A DNA stretch of 64,000 nt from a virus: IMG/VR virus record IMGVR_UViG_3300021957_000004; one strand, given 5' to 3'. Shown here piece by piece: positions 9,776 to 19,610 of the stretch; position 1 is the first letter of the stretch, and each line of letters opens with the position of its first letter. Made by a program: the position numbers and the translations under genes. The notes beneath the pieces are model-generated. The model saw only the letters and a list, made by a program, of their open reading frames with translations. It had not been told where the DNA came from and ran no database searches.

Positions 9776-11758
9776 ATGGCAACAAAAGTTAAAACAGGTG
9801 TAATAGATAGCTCAGCAATCACAAGTGCTTTAATCGCTAACGCAAGTATTACAGCAGATGATTTACATACAACTTTAGATCTGACAGGAAAAACTGTTAC
9901 GGTCGCTACAGCCTCGGCCGGAGATAATGATACCTCAGTCGCAAGTACAGCTTTTGTCTCAACAGCTATAGCTAACTTAGCTGATTCAGCACCATCTACC
10001 TTAAACACTTTAAACGAATTAGCCGCTGCGTTGGGCGACGATGCAAATTATGCAACGACGACGACCAATGCGATAGCAGCAAAAGCGCCATTAGCAAGCC
10101 CTAGTTTAACAGGAACAGTTACAGTGACTGGTGCTTCAAGCGCTTATAATACTTTACAGCTTACATCTAATTCTACCGGGCACGGAACAGTTATAAATTT
10201 AGGAGATACTTCTGATGCAGATTATGGAAGTATAACTCAATTTGCTTCTTCGGCTGGTGAAGGAGGAAGAATGAGATTCATTGCTGGTACAACAGAAACA
10301 ATGAATTTAAGAGGGGGTAAAGTTGGCATAGGAACAAACAATCCAGCAGCTGCTAAATTAGATATAGTATCTGCAGATAATTCTAATACGATTGCCGTTG
10401 TTAATATCCAAAATAATATGGATAATAGCAGAGAAGCTTTAAGAATAACCTCATTAGGTGATTATGATGCTCACCTGAGTTTCTATGCCGCTGGTTCTAC
10501 AAGTTATTGGGGTGGTTTTGGTATAGATTATTCTGATGCTGGTAAGTTTAAATTGCAGACTGATAATATATTATCTAATGGCACAAATCTCATGACTTGG
10601 GCTCGGGATAATAAAGTTGGAATTGGAACTGTAAACCCTAGTGCTCATTTACACATTGATGTGGCAACCCCAACAATTAAGCTTGGTGGTTATAGTTTTA
10701 TAACAGAAGATGTAGGAGACGTAGATTCTCTTGGTCTTTGGACTCATACGACTGAAAGCATACTTTTTGGTCAAACAGCTAATAATTTAACCTCTCACAA
10801 CATAACATGTCGAATAGATAATAACGGAATTTTAAGGCCTACAAGATTTAGATTACCAGCAAGTGCACTTCCAACATCAGCGCTTTCAGTTGGTGAGTTA
10901 CATGTGGACACAGGTGATAGTAATAAGGTTAAAGTGTATGATGGGTCTGCGTGGGTTAGTCTTAATAATGCTACACTTGGCGAATCAGGTAATCCTGCAG
11001 CTGATGGTGCAGCTCTGCTAGCAGCTTCTGCTGCAAATGGTGCTTATTATTTTGACCATGATGGAACTGAGTATCAGACTTATTACATAGGTGATGTCTT
11101 AGGTGGAGGATGGCAACTTGCAATGTGCGTAACTAATGGTGCAGATAGTGGAGATACTGTGGCAGAGGCACTTGGAAGTGCTACTGGTAGAACTGATTGG
11201 TTTAATGGTGATACTACTGTTGGTTCTGGAAATACTGGTGTTAGTGCAACAGGAACTAACTGGTTTACTGCATCTAACTCTAATGAGTTAAATGTAACAT
11301 CAATGACAGGTCTTAATAAAACTAATTCAAGAGGAAGAGGTTTCTTTAAGAGTTTTACTAACATGATGATTCGACAAAATATTGGCGGAACTGTAGGATA
11401 TAGAAGTTATGTTTTAAATGCATCTAATTCTTTATATAGCTGGTTTCAAATAGCTGACCATACGGGATTTACAAATAGAACATCAAGTTCATCAACTGCA
11501 GGAAGTGGAGTAACAACTAATAATTCAACAGCAATTCGTTTAAGTAATATAGATTTTAATTATCAATTAAGTAATGATGGAGGAAGAATAGTTACATCGG
11601 GATCTGTTTCGTCCGAATCTTCAGGTGGAATCGGCTGTCGAGTTGATGGTCACAGAGGATATGCCTGGACAGGTAATGTCGTAAATGACTATACAGCCCG
11701 ATCATATTCCCTCGATGGAACGATTGATGACCACACACTATGGATATTCGTAAAATGA
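9776..11758 (+). CDS. Tail fibre protein with fibrinogen-like C-terminal head
   Basis: DSAPSTLNTLNELAAALGDDANY fibre motif, KVGIGT repeats, NGAYYF..GGGWQL head. Confidence 0.75.
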   Translation: MATKVKTGVIDSSAITSALIANASITADDLHTTLDLTGKTVTVATASAGDNDTSVASTAFVSTAIANLADSAPSTLNTLNELAAALGDDANYATTTTNAIAAKAPLASPSLTGTVTVTGASSAYNTLQLTSNSTGHGTVINLGDTSDADYGSITQFASSAGEGGRMRFIAGTTETMNLRGGKVGIGTNNPAAAKLDIVSADNSNTIAVVNIQNNMDNSREALRITSLGDYDAHLSFYAAGSTSYWGGFGIDYSDAGKFKLQTDNILSNGTNLMTWARDNKVGIGTVNPSAHLHIDVATPTIKLGGYSFITEDVGDVDSLGLWTHTTESILFGQTANNLTSHNITCRIDNNGILRPTRFRLPASALPTSALSVGELHVDTGDSNKVKVYDGSAWVSLNNATLGESGNPAADGAALLAASAANGAYYFDHDGTEYQTYYIGDVLGGGWQLAMCVTNGADSGDTVAEALGSATGRTDWFNGDTTVGSGNTGVSATGTNWFTASNSNELNVTSMTGLNKTNSRGRGFFKSFTNMMIRQNIGGTVGYRSYVLNASNSLYSWFQIADHTGFTNRTSSSSTAGSGVTTNNSTAIRLSNIDFNYQLSNDGGRIVTSGSVSSESSGGIGCRVDGHRGYAWTGNVVNDYTARSYSLDGTIDDHTLWIFVK

Positions 11759-12048
11759 CATATTTAGAAATAATTCAAATCACATTCGGGGATCACCCTG
11801 ATACTACATTTTCTATGACAGATCCAACAGATTTGTCAACATTAACTTGGTCATCAGGTAACCTTGATAAACCAACCCAAGAACTTTTAGATGAAGCAGA
11901 AACAAGAATTCGTTCACAATACGTGATACGAAGAACGAGAGAATACCCTACTATAGAAGAACAATTAGACGATATTTATCATAATGGAATAGATGGGTGG
12001 AAGGCAACTATTAAAATAACAAAAGATAAATATCCTAAACCGGAATAA
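11755..12048 (+). CDS. Fibre chaperone-like small protein
   Basis: R.REYPTIEEQLDDIYH...KDKYPKP motif; likely start is the ATG overlapping the upstream stop. Confidence 0.6.
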   Translation: MTYLEIIQITFGDHPDTTFSMTDPTDLSTLTWSSGNLDKPTQELLDEAETRIRSQYVIRRTREYPTIEEQLDDIYHNGIDGWKATIKITKDKYPKPE

Positions 12049-12054
12049 GAATAA

Positions 12055-14508
12055 ATGGCATTAACAAAAGTACCAAGTAATTTAGATGCAACAATTGCAA
12101 CTACACAATCACAGGGCAATAACAGTACTAATATAGCTACAACTGCTTATGTTGACTTAGCTATATCAAACTTATCAGACTCTGCTCCTGCGGCATTAAA
12201 TACGTTAAATGAAATCGCAGCGGCTTTAGGTGATGATGCCAATTACGCATCCACAACAACTGCAGCAATCGCAGGTAAACTACCGTTAAGTGGTGGCGCT
12301 ATGACCGGTGCTATTACAACTAACTCCACTTTTGATGGAGTAGACATTGCTGCTAGAGACGCTGTATTGACTTCTACAACTACGACTGCAAATGCGGCAC
12401 TACCAAAAGCTGGTGGTACTATGACAGGTCAATTAAACATAGTAGATTCTTCAACAACTTTTGGTTCAATAATTACAAACAACAATGATAGCTCACAAGG
12501 CTTACAAGTAAGAACTTCAGATAATGATTCTGGTTTATATATATTAGATTTACAAACTTCATCAAGTGCTACAGGCACAAACTATGCCTCAGTATTTAAT
12601 GTAGCTAAAAGTGGCCAAGTAGTTATAGGTTCTGATTCTGGCGGTCAGACAGCTAAGGTTTTGGAACTTATTCCACCTGATGTCATTACTGATTACTCAA
12701 CTTATATCTTAAATATAGGTGGTGGTAAAGCCGACAATAGCGTGGGAGCAAAAAGCGGTATTGGATTTGGTTATACAGCCACAGCTAGGCCAACAGCTCC
12801 TGCGACAATAGGTTATCATACCGAAACCACTAGTGGTGGAACTTATGGTTATCTTTACTTTGCCACGAGATCAACTGTTGGAACAGAACAACCTACAGAT
12901 AGGATGGTTATTAGCAAAGAAGGCTATGTTGGTATCGGAACAACTTCTCCAGATAAGTTATTAGAAGTATCGGGAACTGATGTTATAGCTAAATTTACAG
13001 GAACAACAGCTAACCCACCTCAAATTGAATTTGAAAACTCAGTAAGCGTACAAGCAACAATTGGTTTAAATACTACTCATGATTTTATTATTGACACAGC
13101 AAGTGAAAATGTATACATAGGAAGTGACGCCGCTACTTTAGGTACAAGGATACTTACCGTACTTTCTACTGGTTTGGTTGGTATTGGAACTCCATCTCCT
13201 ACTGATCCTTTAACAATTCATCATGGAACTCCAGGAATAGCATTTAAAGATACATCAAGTAATGGAGAAGCCTTTTGGCAGCTTGATGGTACACAAGTGA
13301 AATTTGTTAATAAATCATCAGCTGGAGAGATGATGTTCGGGACAGTAAATGCTAGAAGAATGTCTATAAGCCAATACGGCGCTTTACACATTGATACTGC
13401 TAGTGACTATACTGGTAAACAATGGCTTAATGAAAATACTGCAGGTTCTCCGTTAGGTGGCACATCAGCATCGACTAATACTTATCAAAAATTACGATTG
13501 TGGGTTGATGGTGATGTTAACTTAAGTCAAGGAAGAGGAATACACTTCGGCGATGTTACAGATGCTGCGCCGCTTTGTATAAGAGAAGGATCTCCATCAG
13601 AACACGGCACAGATAGAGACAAACTAGAAATATTGGCCAGAAAACAGTTAACACTTACTTCCAATTACAGTCGTATTACACCCGGAGATACATCAGCAGC
13701 TGGTGCAGCAAGAAGCTCGAGTTTTTATATTAAAAAAGACGGACAAATGGGTGGTACATGGACAGAAGTTATTACTACTCCTAATGGCGGAGATCAAACT
13801 ACTCGAATATTTGAAGACTGGACTGGAAGATGGGTAATGGTTGGAAGATTTGCAGCGGATGCTAGAACTTCGATTCAAGGTACTTGGGGTTCAGTTTCAG
13901 GTTTAAGCACGGCCGTTGCACAAAGTACAGCCACAGCATTTAGTGCTGATTGGGGAGATGCATATCCTTCTGAAGTAAGAATTATGGGTTGTACAGATGT
14001 TGAAGAATATATGGACACAAGAACAATAGACTTTGTCTATGGAAATAGACCAAGTGGAGTTCATTCATATACTCCAAGACAATGGAAACATTTCTTTGCA
14101 GGACAAAATGCAGATGGTATGCTAGCAAATGCTGGTGGTTCTCCTAGATTCGGATTCACTGTAGGATATGCATACGATGGAAAAGGAAGATGGTATAATC
14201 CAAACATGCATGGTATGGGTATGTCGGATGGAAACACAACAAATCCAAGAGCAGCTTATACTACAGCAACAGCAAATGCATTTAACTGGCATGGAGCAGC
14301 AGATGCTAAACTACTAGCAACTCATTATAGAACCTTTGCTTCTCAAGATTCATACCAAACAACTGGTTTTGGAAGTGATGACAGTGTTCAAGGATTTTAT
14401 GATTCATACCCAACCGAATATACAAATATGGGTGGTGGTACTAATGGCGGCGGTGTTCATGCAACATTAACTTCAGCAGTATTCATACTACTTAAATTAC
14501 AATGGTAA
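12055..14508 (+). CDS. Tail fibre protein
   Basis: MALTKV start, DSAPAALNTLNEIAAALGDDANY, LP..GG.MTG and VGIGT repeats. Confidence 0.75.
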   Translation: MALTKVPSNLDATIATTQSQGNNSTNIATTAYVDLAISNLSDSAPAALNTLNEIAAALGDDANYASTTTAAIAGKLPLSGGAMTGAITTNSTFDGVDIAARDAVLTSTTTTANAALPKAGGTMTGQLNIVDSSTTFGSIITNNNDSSQGLQVRTSDNDSGLYILDLQTSSSATGTNYASVFNVAKSGQVVIGSDSGGQTAKVLELIPPDVITDYSTYILNIGGGKADNSVGAKSGIGFGYTATARPTAPATIGYHTETTSGGTYGYLYFATRSTVGTEQPTDRMVISKEGYVGIGTTSPDKLLEVSGTDVIAKFTGTTANPPQIEFENSVSVQATIGLNTTHDFIIDTASENVYIGSDAATLGTRILTVLSTGLVGIGTPSPTDPLTIHHGTPGIAFKDTSSNGEAFWQLDGTQVKFVNKSSAGEMMFGTVNARRMSISQYGALHIDTASDYTGKQWLNENTAGSPLGGTSASTNTYQKLRLWVDGDVNLSQGRGIHFGDVTDAAPLCIREGSPSEHGTDRDKLEILARKQLTLTSNYSRITPGDTSAAGAARSSSFYIKKDGQMGGTWTEVITTPNGGDQTTRIFEDWTGRWVMVGRFAADARTSIQGTWGSVSGLSTAVAQSTATAFSADWGDAYPSEVRIMGCTDVEEYMDTRTIDFVYGNRPSGVHSYTPRQWKHFFAGQNADGMLANAGGSPRFGFTVGYAYDGKGRWYNPNMHGMGMSDGNTTNPRAAYTTATANAFNWHGAADAKLLATHYRTFASQDSYQTTGFGSDDSVQGFYDSYPTEYTNMGGGTNGGGVHATLTSAVFILLKLQW

Positions 14509-14514
14509 AATAAA

Positions 14515-14637
14515 ATGGCAGAAAATATAACAGATAAAGTCTTTCCAGCAGAAACTCTAGTAGAAGGAAGAGTTGTGGAATGGCATGATGGAAAAACTTA
14601 TATATACACTAGCGGTGTATGGGTAGAACAGGAATAA
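14515..14637 (+). CDS. 40-aa fibre-associated peptide (not in ORF track)
   Basis: MAENITDKVFPAETLVEGRVVEWHDGKTYIYTSGVWVEQE*; fills the intergenic gap. Confidence 0.55.
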   Translation: MAENITDKVFPAETLVEGRVVEWHDGKTYIYTSGVWVEQE

Positions 14638-14641
14638 TTAA

Positions 14642-15976
14642 ATGGCATTAACAAAAGTAAAAGCAGGTAATATACTATTAACTACTCCAAGCGCGAGTAG
14701 CAATGATGTTACCCCAGCAACAACAGCATATGTAACTACTGCACTCGCAAATTTAGCGGATAGTGCACCAAGTACATTAGATACATTAAACGAATTAGCA
14801 GCAGCTTTAGGCGACGATGCTAACTTCTCTACAACTGTAACAAATAGTATTGCTGCAAAACTACCACTAAGTGGTGGTACTATGACCGGTGCTTTGATTG
14901 GAACTAGTGCTACTTTTACTCCTTCGTCAGGAGAAAACTTCGTTATAACAAGAGATAGTGGTGGTCCTTATATTGGTGCTTCAAGTAACCATAGTTTAAG
15001 AATTATAACTAATAATACAACAAGATTAACTATTGACGCATCAGGCAATGTTGGAATTAATCGTACAAGTATTACTCAACATGCAGCAGATGTTAATACT
15101 TTTGCAATACAATCTAATAAAAATGGTAAAGCAGGTGCAATACAGTTATTTTCAGCAAACGATTCAGTTTCATCTGTTATACATCAAGATACTGCTGGTT
15201 TAGCTTTAATAACCAATTCATCAACATCAGGTGATAGAAATGATATTTTATTTCAAACTGCATCATCAACAAAAATGAAAATTACTGAAGCAGGATTGGT
15301 TGGAATTGGAGAACCTTCGCCTTCAGCACCTTTAGATATTGCTGCCACTTCAGCAGGTATAGAATTACAAACTACAGATAATACTTCTTATGGATATTTA
15401 AATTTTGGTGATCCGCAGGATAATAATATAGGTCAAATACTTTACGACCATGGAAGTAACTATATGCGTTTTCAAGTTAATAACACAGAAAAAATGCGTA
15501 TACACTCTAATGGGGGTATTAGTTTAACAGGTAACCACCAGTTTAACTTCAGAGCAACTGGCCTCAGCAATTCAGGCCTTGGCGCAGTCATGGTATTTGA
15601 TACTGTAGCATCAGGAAATGCTGCAGGTTGTTATAGCACAAGTTCTGGAATGTATCAAGCAGCTATTGATGGTTGGTATATGGTTAGTGTAGGTATAAGA
15701 TATGATTCAATAACTGGCTCCTCCTCCAGCTATGCAAGACCTCAGCTTAGATATTTGGCAGACGGTGGTAGCACTTGGCTATATCCACACACTGGTTTTT
15801 GGGTTGACCCTATTATTGGCACAGACTTTGGAACAGGATCTTATATGAATTGTACTTATAGTGTACCAATGTACTTAGAAGATGGTGACAATATACAATT
15901 AATAGAGCAGGGAGCTAGTGCCACAATAACTCATAATCATGACGAATCACATTTTGGTGTGATATTCATGGGATAA
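14642..15976 (+). CDS. Tail fibre protein with C1q-like C-terminal domain
   Basis: MALTKV start, DSAPSTLDTLNELAAALGDDANF; C-terminal Y.A.IDGWY.V...LEDGDNIQL..SHF pattern. Confidence 0.7.
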   Translation: MALTKVKAGNILLTTPSASSNDVTPATTAYVTTALANLADSAPSTLDTLNELAAALGDDANFSTTVTNSIAAKLPLSGGTMTGALIGTSATFTPSSGENFVITRDSGGPYIGASSNHSLRIITNNTTRLTIDASGNVGINRTSITQHAADVNTFAIQSNKNGKAGAIQLFSANDSVSSVIHQDTAGLALITNSSTSGDRNDILFQTASSTKMKITEAGLVGIGEPSPSAPLDIAATSAGIELQTTDNTSYGYLNFGDPQDNNIGQILYDHGSNYMRFQVNNTEKMRIHSNGGISLTGNHQFNFRATGLSNSGLGAVMVFDTVASGNAAGCYSTSSGMYQAAIDGWYMVSVGIRYDSITGSSSSYARPQLRYLADGGSTWLYPHTGFWVDPIIGTDFGTGSYMNCTYSVPMYLEDGDNIQLIEQGASATITHNHDESHFGVIFMG

Positions 15977-15981
15977 ACTTG

Positions 15982-15989
15982 TATAAATA
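15982..15989 (+). promoter_or_regulatory. T4-type late promoter TATAAATA
   Basis: Exact consensus upstream of gp13. Confidence 0.8.
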
Positions 15990-16007
15990 CATAAAAGGAT
16001 AATTAAT

Positions 16008-16970
16008 ATGGCAGCACCAAACAGTAAAATAACATTAATTGATCATTGTTTAAGATCACTGGGTGCACCTGTAATCGAAATCAATGTAGATGACGATCAG
16101 GTTGATGATAGAGTAGACGAAGCTCTTCAGTTTTATCAAGCATATCATTCAGACGCAGTTGAAAAAGTTTACTTAAAACATGAAGTTAGTAATTCACAAT
16201 TAACATTAAGCGCATCAGTTGCTAGTAATTTCACAATAGGTGAGATAATTACTGGATCAACATCCGGTGCAAAAGCTTTAGTCCATTCTGTATCAGGTAA
16301 TAAAATTACATATAATGTATTAGTAGATTGGAGTAAGACATTTCAAAATGAATCAATTACAGGCGCGGACTCGAGTGCGAGCGCGACGGTTACTTCTGTT
16401 ACTAAAGGCGATATGGAAAATGGATATATTACAATACCAGAATTAGTTACGGATGTGTTAGAGGTATTTCCTATTAAAGAAGCGGTTTCATCTACTAATA
16501 TGTTTGACATTAAATACCAAATGCATTTAAATGATATCTATTCATTAGGATTTTTAGGTTCTTTAACCGAATATGTTATGACACAACAGTGGTTATCTTT
16601 ATTAGATATGGTAATAGATGATGGTAAGAAACATTTAAGCTTTGATAAACACAAAGATCAATTAAGGATCGATATGGATTGGGCAAAAGAAGTTATACCA
16701 GGTGAATATATTATCGTACATTGTAATAGAGTAATCGACCCAAATACTTACACAGAAGTTTATAATGATTACTTTCTAAAGAAATACGCAACGGCTCTTA
16801 TTAAAAGACAATGGGGAACAAACCTATTAAAATTTGAAGGAATGGTTATGCCAGGTGGCGTAACGTTTAACGGTCGACAATTGTTTGATGATGCAAACGA
16901 AGAAATAACAAAATTAGAGGAAGAGTGTAGATTAAATTGGGAAGAACCAGTAGATTTCTATACAGGATAA
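16008..16970 (+). CDS. gp13: Neck protein gp13 (with internal beta-rich insertion)
   Basis: LRSLGAPVIEINVDDDQ, YNDYFLKKYATALIKRQWG.NL.KF.G..MPGGV. Confidence 0.93.
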   Translation: MAAPNSKITLIDHCLRSLGAPVIEINVDDDQVDDRVDEALQFYQAYHSDAVEKVYLKHEVSNSQLTLSASVASNFTIGEIITGSTSGAKALVHSVSGNKITYNVLVDWSKTFQNESITGADSSASATVTSVTKGDMENGYITIPELVTDVLEVFPIKEAVSSTNMFDIKYQMHLNDIYSLGFLGSLTEYVMTQQWLSLLDMVIDDGKKHLSFDKHKDQLRIDMDWAKEVIPGEYIIVHCNRVIDPNTYTEVYNDYFLKKYATALIKRQWGTNLLKFEGMVMPGGVTFNGRQLFDDANEEITKLEEECRLNWEEPVDFYTG

Positions 16971-16973
16971 ACC

Positions 16974-17918
16974 ATGCCAAGATCAGTTTTCTTTTCACAG
17001 GCGGTTAAATCAGAACAAAATCTTTACGAAGATTTAGTTATTGAAAGCCTAAAAATATTCGGACAGGATGTATATTATATTCCTCGAACATTAGTGAATA
17101 GGGATAACGTATTAAATGAAGATCCAGCATCTAAATTTGACGATGCATATTTAATAGAAGCTTATTTAGAAAACGTAGATGGATTTGAAGGACAAGGGGA
17201 TTTATATTCTAAATTCGGTTTAGAAATACGAGACGAAGCAACATTTGTACTTTCTAGAAGACAGTGGGAAAAGATTGTTGGTATATTTTCAAGTGATTTA
17301 GTTAATCCAAGACCGCAAGAAGGTGATGTTATATTCCTTCCAATGACCAATTCATTCTTTGAAATATCTTATGTTGAAGATGATTCACCATTCTATCAGT
17401 TATCTAACTTACCAGTATATAGACTTAACTGTTCGCTATTTGAATATTCAGACGAAGATTTCGATACAGGTGTAGAAGACATAGATCTAAAAACTGGGGC
17501 ATCGGCTTACCAAACAGTTATGGATTTAGCTATTACCGATGGCAATCATTTCCAAATAGGAGAAATGGTTAAACAAACAATTGGTATTACTGCAGCAGGA
17601 TTAGATATAATTATTAAGGGTGAAGTACAGAATAGAACTAAATCTTCAGATACTATTTCACAGGTTGGGGTTTCAAACATAGAAGTTCTTAATAGCGATG
17701 GAGTTGCTAAAGAGTTTATAGTTTCTACTAATAACCCAATGGTTGGAGAAACATCAGACTTTACAGCTTATGTAACTAAGGTATACGGAATAAACGACGT
17801 AACTGAAACATTTGATACAGATGGCGGAGCACAAAATGTTGACTTCGAAAATTTTGCTGATGACTTTATTGACTTCAGTGAAACAAATCCATTTGGCGAT
17901 CCATCGGAGCTTTACTAA
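16974..17918 (+). CDS. gp14: Neck protein gp14
   Basis: EQNLYEDLVIESLKIFGQDVYYIPR, SKFGLEIRDE, PQEGD.I, DFSETNPFG. Confidence 0.93.
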   Translation: MPRSVFFSQAVKSEQNLYEDLVIESLKIFGQDVYYIPRTLVNRDNVLNEDPASKFDDAYLIEAYLENVDGFEGQGDLYSKFGLEIRDEATFVLSRRQWEKIVGIFSSDLVNPRPQEGDVIFLPMTNSFFEISYVEDDSPFYQLSNLPVYRLNCSLFEYSDEDFDTGVEDIDLKTGASAYQTVMDLAITDGNHFQIGEMVKQTIGITAAGLDIIIKGEVQNRTKSSDTISQVGVSNIEVLNSDGVAKEFIVSTNNPMVGETSDFTAYVTKVYGINDVTETFDTDGGAQNVDFENFADDFIDFSETNPFGDPSELY

Positions 17919-19189
17919 TGTTTGGTACACATTTCTATCACGCAACAATGCGAAAATCAGTAGCAGTGTTTGGTACATTGTTTAATAACATAAATGTTGT
18001 AAGAAAAAAAAGTGATGGATCAATTGTAAACCAGGTTAGAGTTCCTTTAGCATATGGACCTAAACAAAAATTCCTTGCAAGGCTAGATCAAGAAACAGGA
18101 TTTGATGCTCCAATGGGGATTAAATTACCTCGTATGGCTTTCGAAATAACTTCTTTAGAATTAGATGTAGTACAGAAAGGACAAAAAAGAAACAGAATTA
18201 TAGAAAACCACGCATCAGACGTAACTAAAAAGAAAACACTACAAAATTATACAGCGTATAATATTGGTATGCAGCTAAACATTTTAGCTAAAAACCAAGA
18301 CGATGGATTACAAATCGTAGAACAAATACTACCATTTTTTCAACCGGAGTATACTCTTTCTATTAAACCGGTATCTGGATTTGATTTTAAACAGGATGTA
18401 CCAGTTATATTAACTGGAGTAAATATTGAAGACCAATATGAAGGTAGTTTTGAAGAAAGAAGAATATTAACATATACCTTAGACTTTGTTATGAAAATGA
18501 AATTCTATGGACCAACAGTTAATACTGGCGTTATTAGAGAAATCAATCTTGACTTTGAAAACCAAACAACTGGGGAATTCTTCGAAGGATTAAACTATAC
18601 AGTTCGACCTTCAGATACAGTAGATACACAGGTAGTTACAATAGCGTACGATGAGAACCAATTCGTAGTTGGTGGTGGAGTAGCTAATTATACCGTTAAC
18701 GTCGAGGCAGTGGGGGTTCAAAGAACATCTGCGTCAACAAGTTCTAACTCTACAGAAATACAGCTAGATAATACATCACAATTACAAATTGGTCATACTA
18801 TAACTGGAACCGGCATATCAGGAACAGCGCAGGTATCTAGTATAGATTCACCAACAAAAATAACTATAAGTTCCTCACAATCAATTGCAAACAATGTAAC
18901 ATTGACGTTTACCGCTAATAAATATAACTTATTCGGTCAAGTTCAACCAACACTAACTCTATATAGAGGTCAAACATACATCTTTACTCACCCAAGTGCT
19001 CATCCATTTAGAATATCAACTGTCTCGGATGGAACACATGTGGCGGGAGGAACTGCTTATACAACTGGAGTGACAACATCTTCTACTACTACAACATTTG
19101 TGGTAGGAGAAAATACACCTGAGCAAATGTTCTACTACTGTGGAAACCATGCAAAAATGGGTGGACAATTTACAATATTAACATCTTAA
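17918..19189 (+). CDS. gp15: Tail sheath stabiliser/terminator gp15 with C-terminal extension
   Basis: FGTLFNNI, VPLAYGPKQKFLARL, LPRMAFE, QIVEQILPFFQP; extra tail ending YYCGNHAKMGG. Confidence 0.9.
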   Translation: MFGTHFYHATMRKSVAVFGTLFNNINVVRKKSDGSIVNQVRVPLAYGPKQKFLARLDQETGFDAPMGIKLPRMAFEITSLELDVVQKGQKRNRIIENHASDVTKKKTLQNYTAYNIGMQLNILAKNQDDGLQIVEQILPFFQPEYTLSIKPVSGFDFKQDVPVILTGVNIEDQYEGSFEERRILTYTLDFVMKMKFYGPTVNTGVIREINLDFENQTTGEFFEGLNYTVRPSDTVDTQVVTIAYDENQFVVGGGVANYTVNVEAVGVQRTSASTSSNSTEIQLDNTSQLQIGHTITGTGISGTAQVSSIDSPTKITISSSQSIANNVTLTFTANKYNLFGQVQPTLTLYRGQTYIFTHPSAHPFRISTVSDGTHVAGGTAYTTGVTTSSTTTTFVVGENTPEQMFYYCGNHAKMGGQFTILTS

Positions 19190-19199
19190 TGGATATATT

Positions 19200-19610
19200 A
19201 TGGACAAAAAAGACAAGCTACAAAAGTCATTAGAGAAAAATCTTCCTAGTAAAAGACCTCCGGCAGCTAAACTGCAGGACAAAATAGATATTAAGGATGA
19301 TTATGAATTCTCTAGAAAAACCTATAAAGATTTAATCCAAACTGGAATGTATAGTTTGGATACGCTCGCCGAGCTCGCCCGCGAGAGCGAGCACCCACGT
19401 GCGTTCGAAGTATTAAGTAGAGCCATAAAAGACGTAGCAGATACTACAGAAAAGCTTATGGACTTACAAAAAAATAAAAAAGCTTTGAATAAAGAAGAAG
19501 AAGAAAAAGAAAAAGAGAGATTAGTTACTAATAATAATCTATTCGTAGGAAGCACAGCAGATTTACAAAAGATGATATTGGATAAAGATTTTATTGATGC
19601 AGAGGATTAA
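19200..19610 (+). CDS. gp16: Terminase small subunit gp16
   Basis: DDYEFSR, ESEHPRAFEV, NNLFVGSTADLQK. Confidence 0.92.
   Translation: MDKKDKLQKSLEKNLPSKRPPAAKLQDKIDIKDDYEFSRKTYKDLIQTGMYSLDTLAELARESEHPRAFEVLSRAIKDVADTTEKLMDLQKNKKALNKEEEEKEKERLVTNNNLFVGSTADLQKMILDKDFIDAED

Noticed and set aside
1-15976. Diversity-generating retroelement or invertase shufflon in the fibre region
   Set aside because: No reverse transcriptase, recombinase, adenine-specific TR/VR pair or inverted cassettes seen in this window
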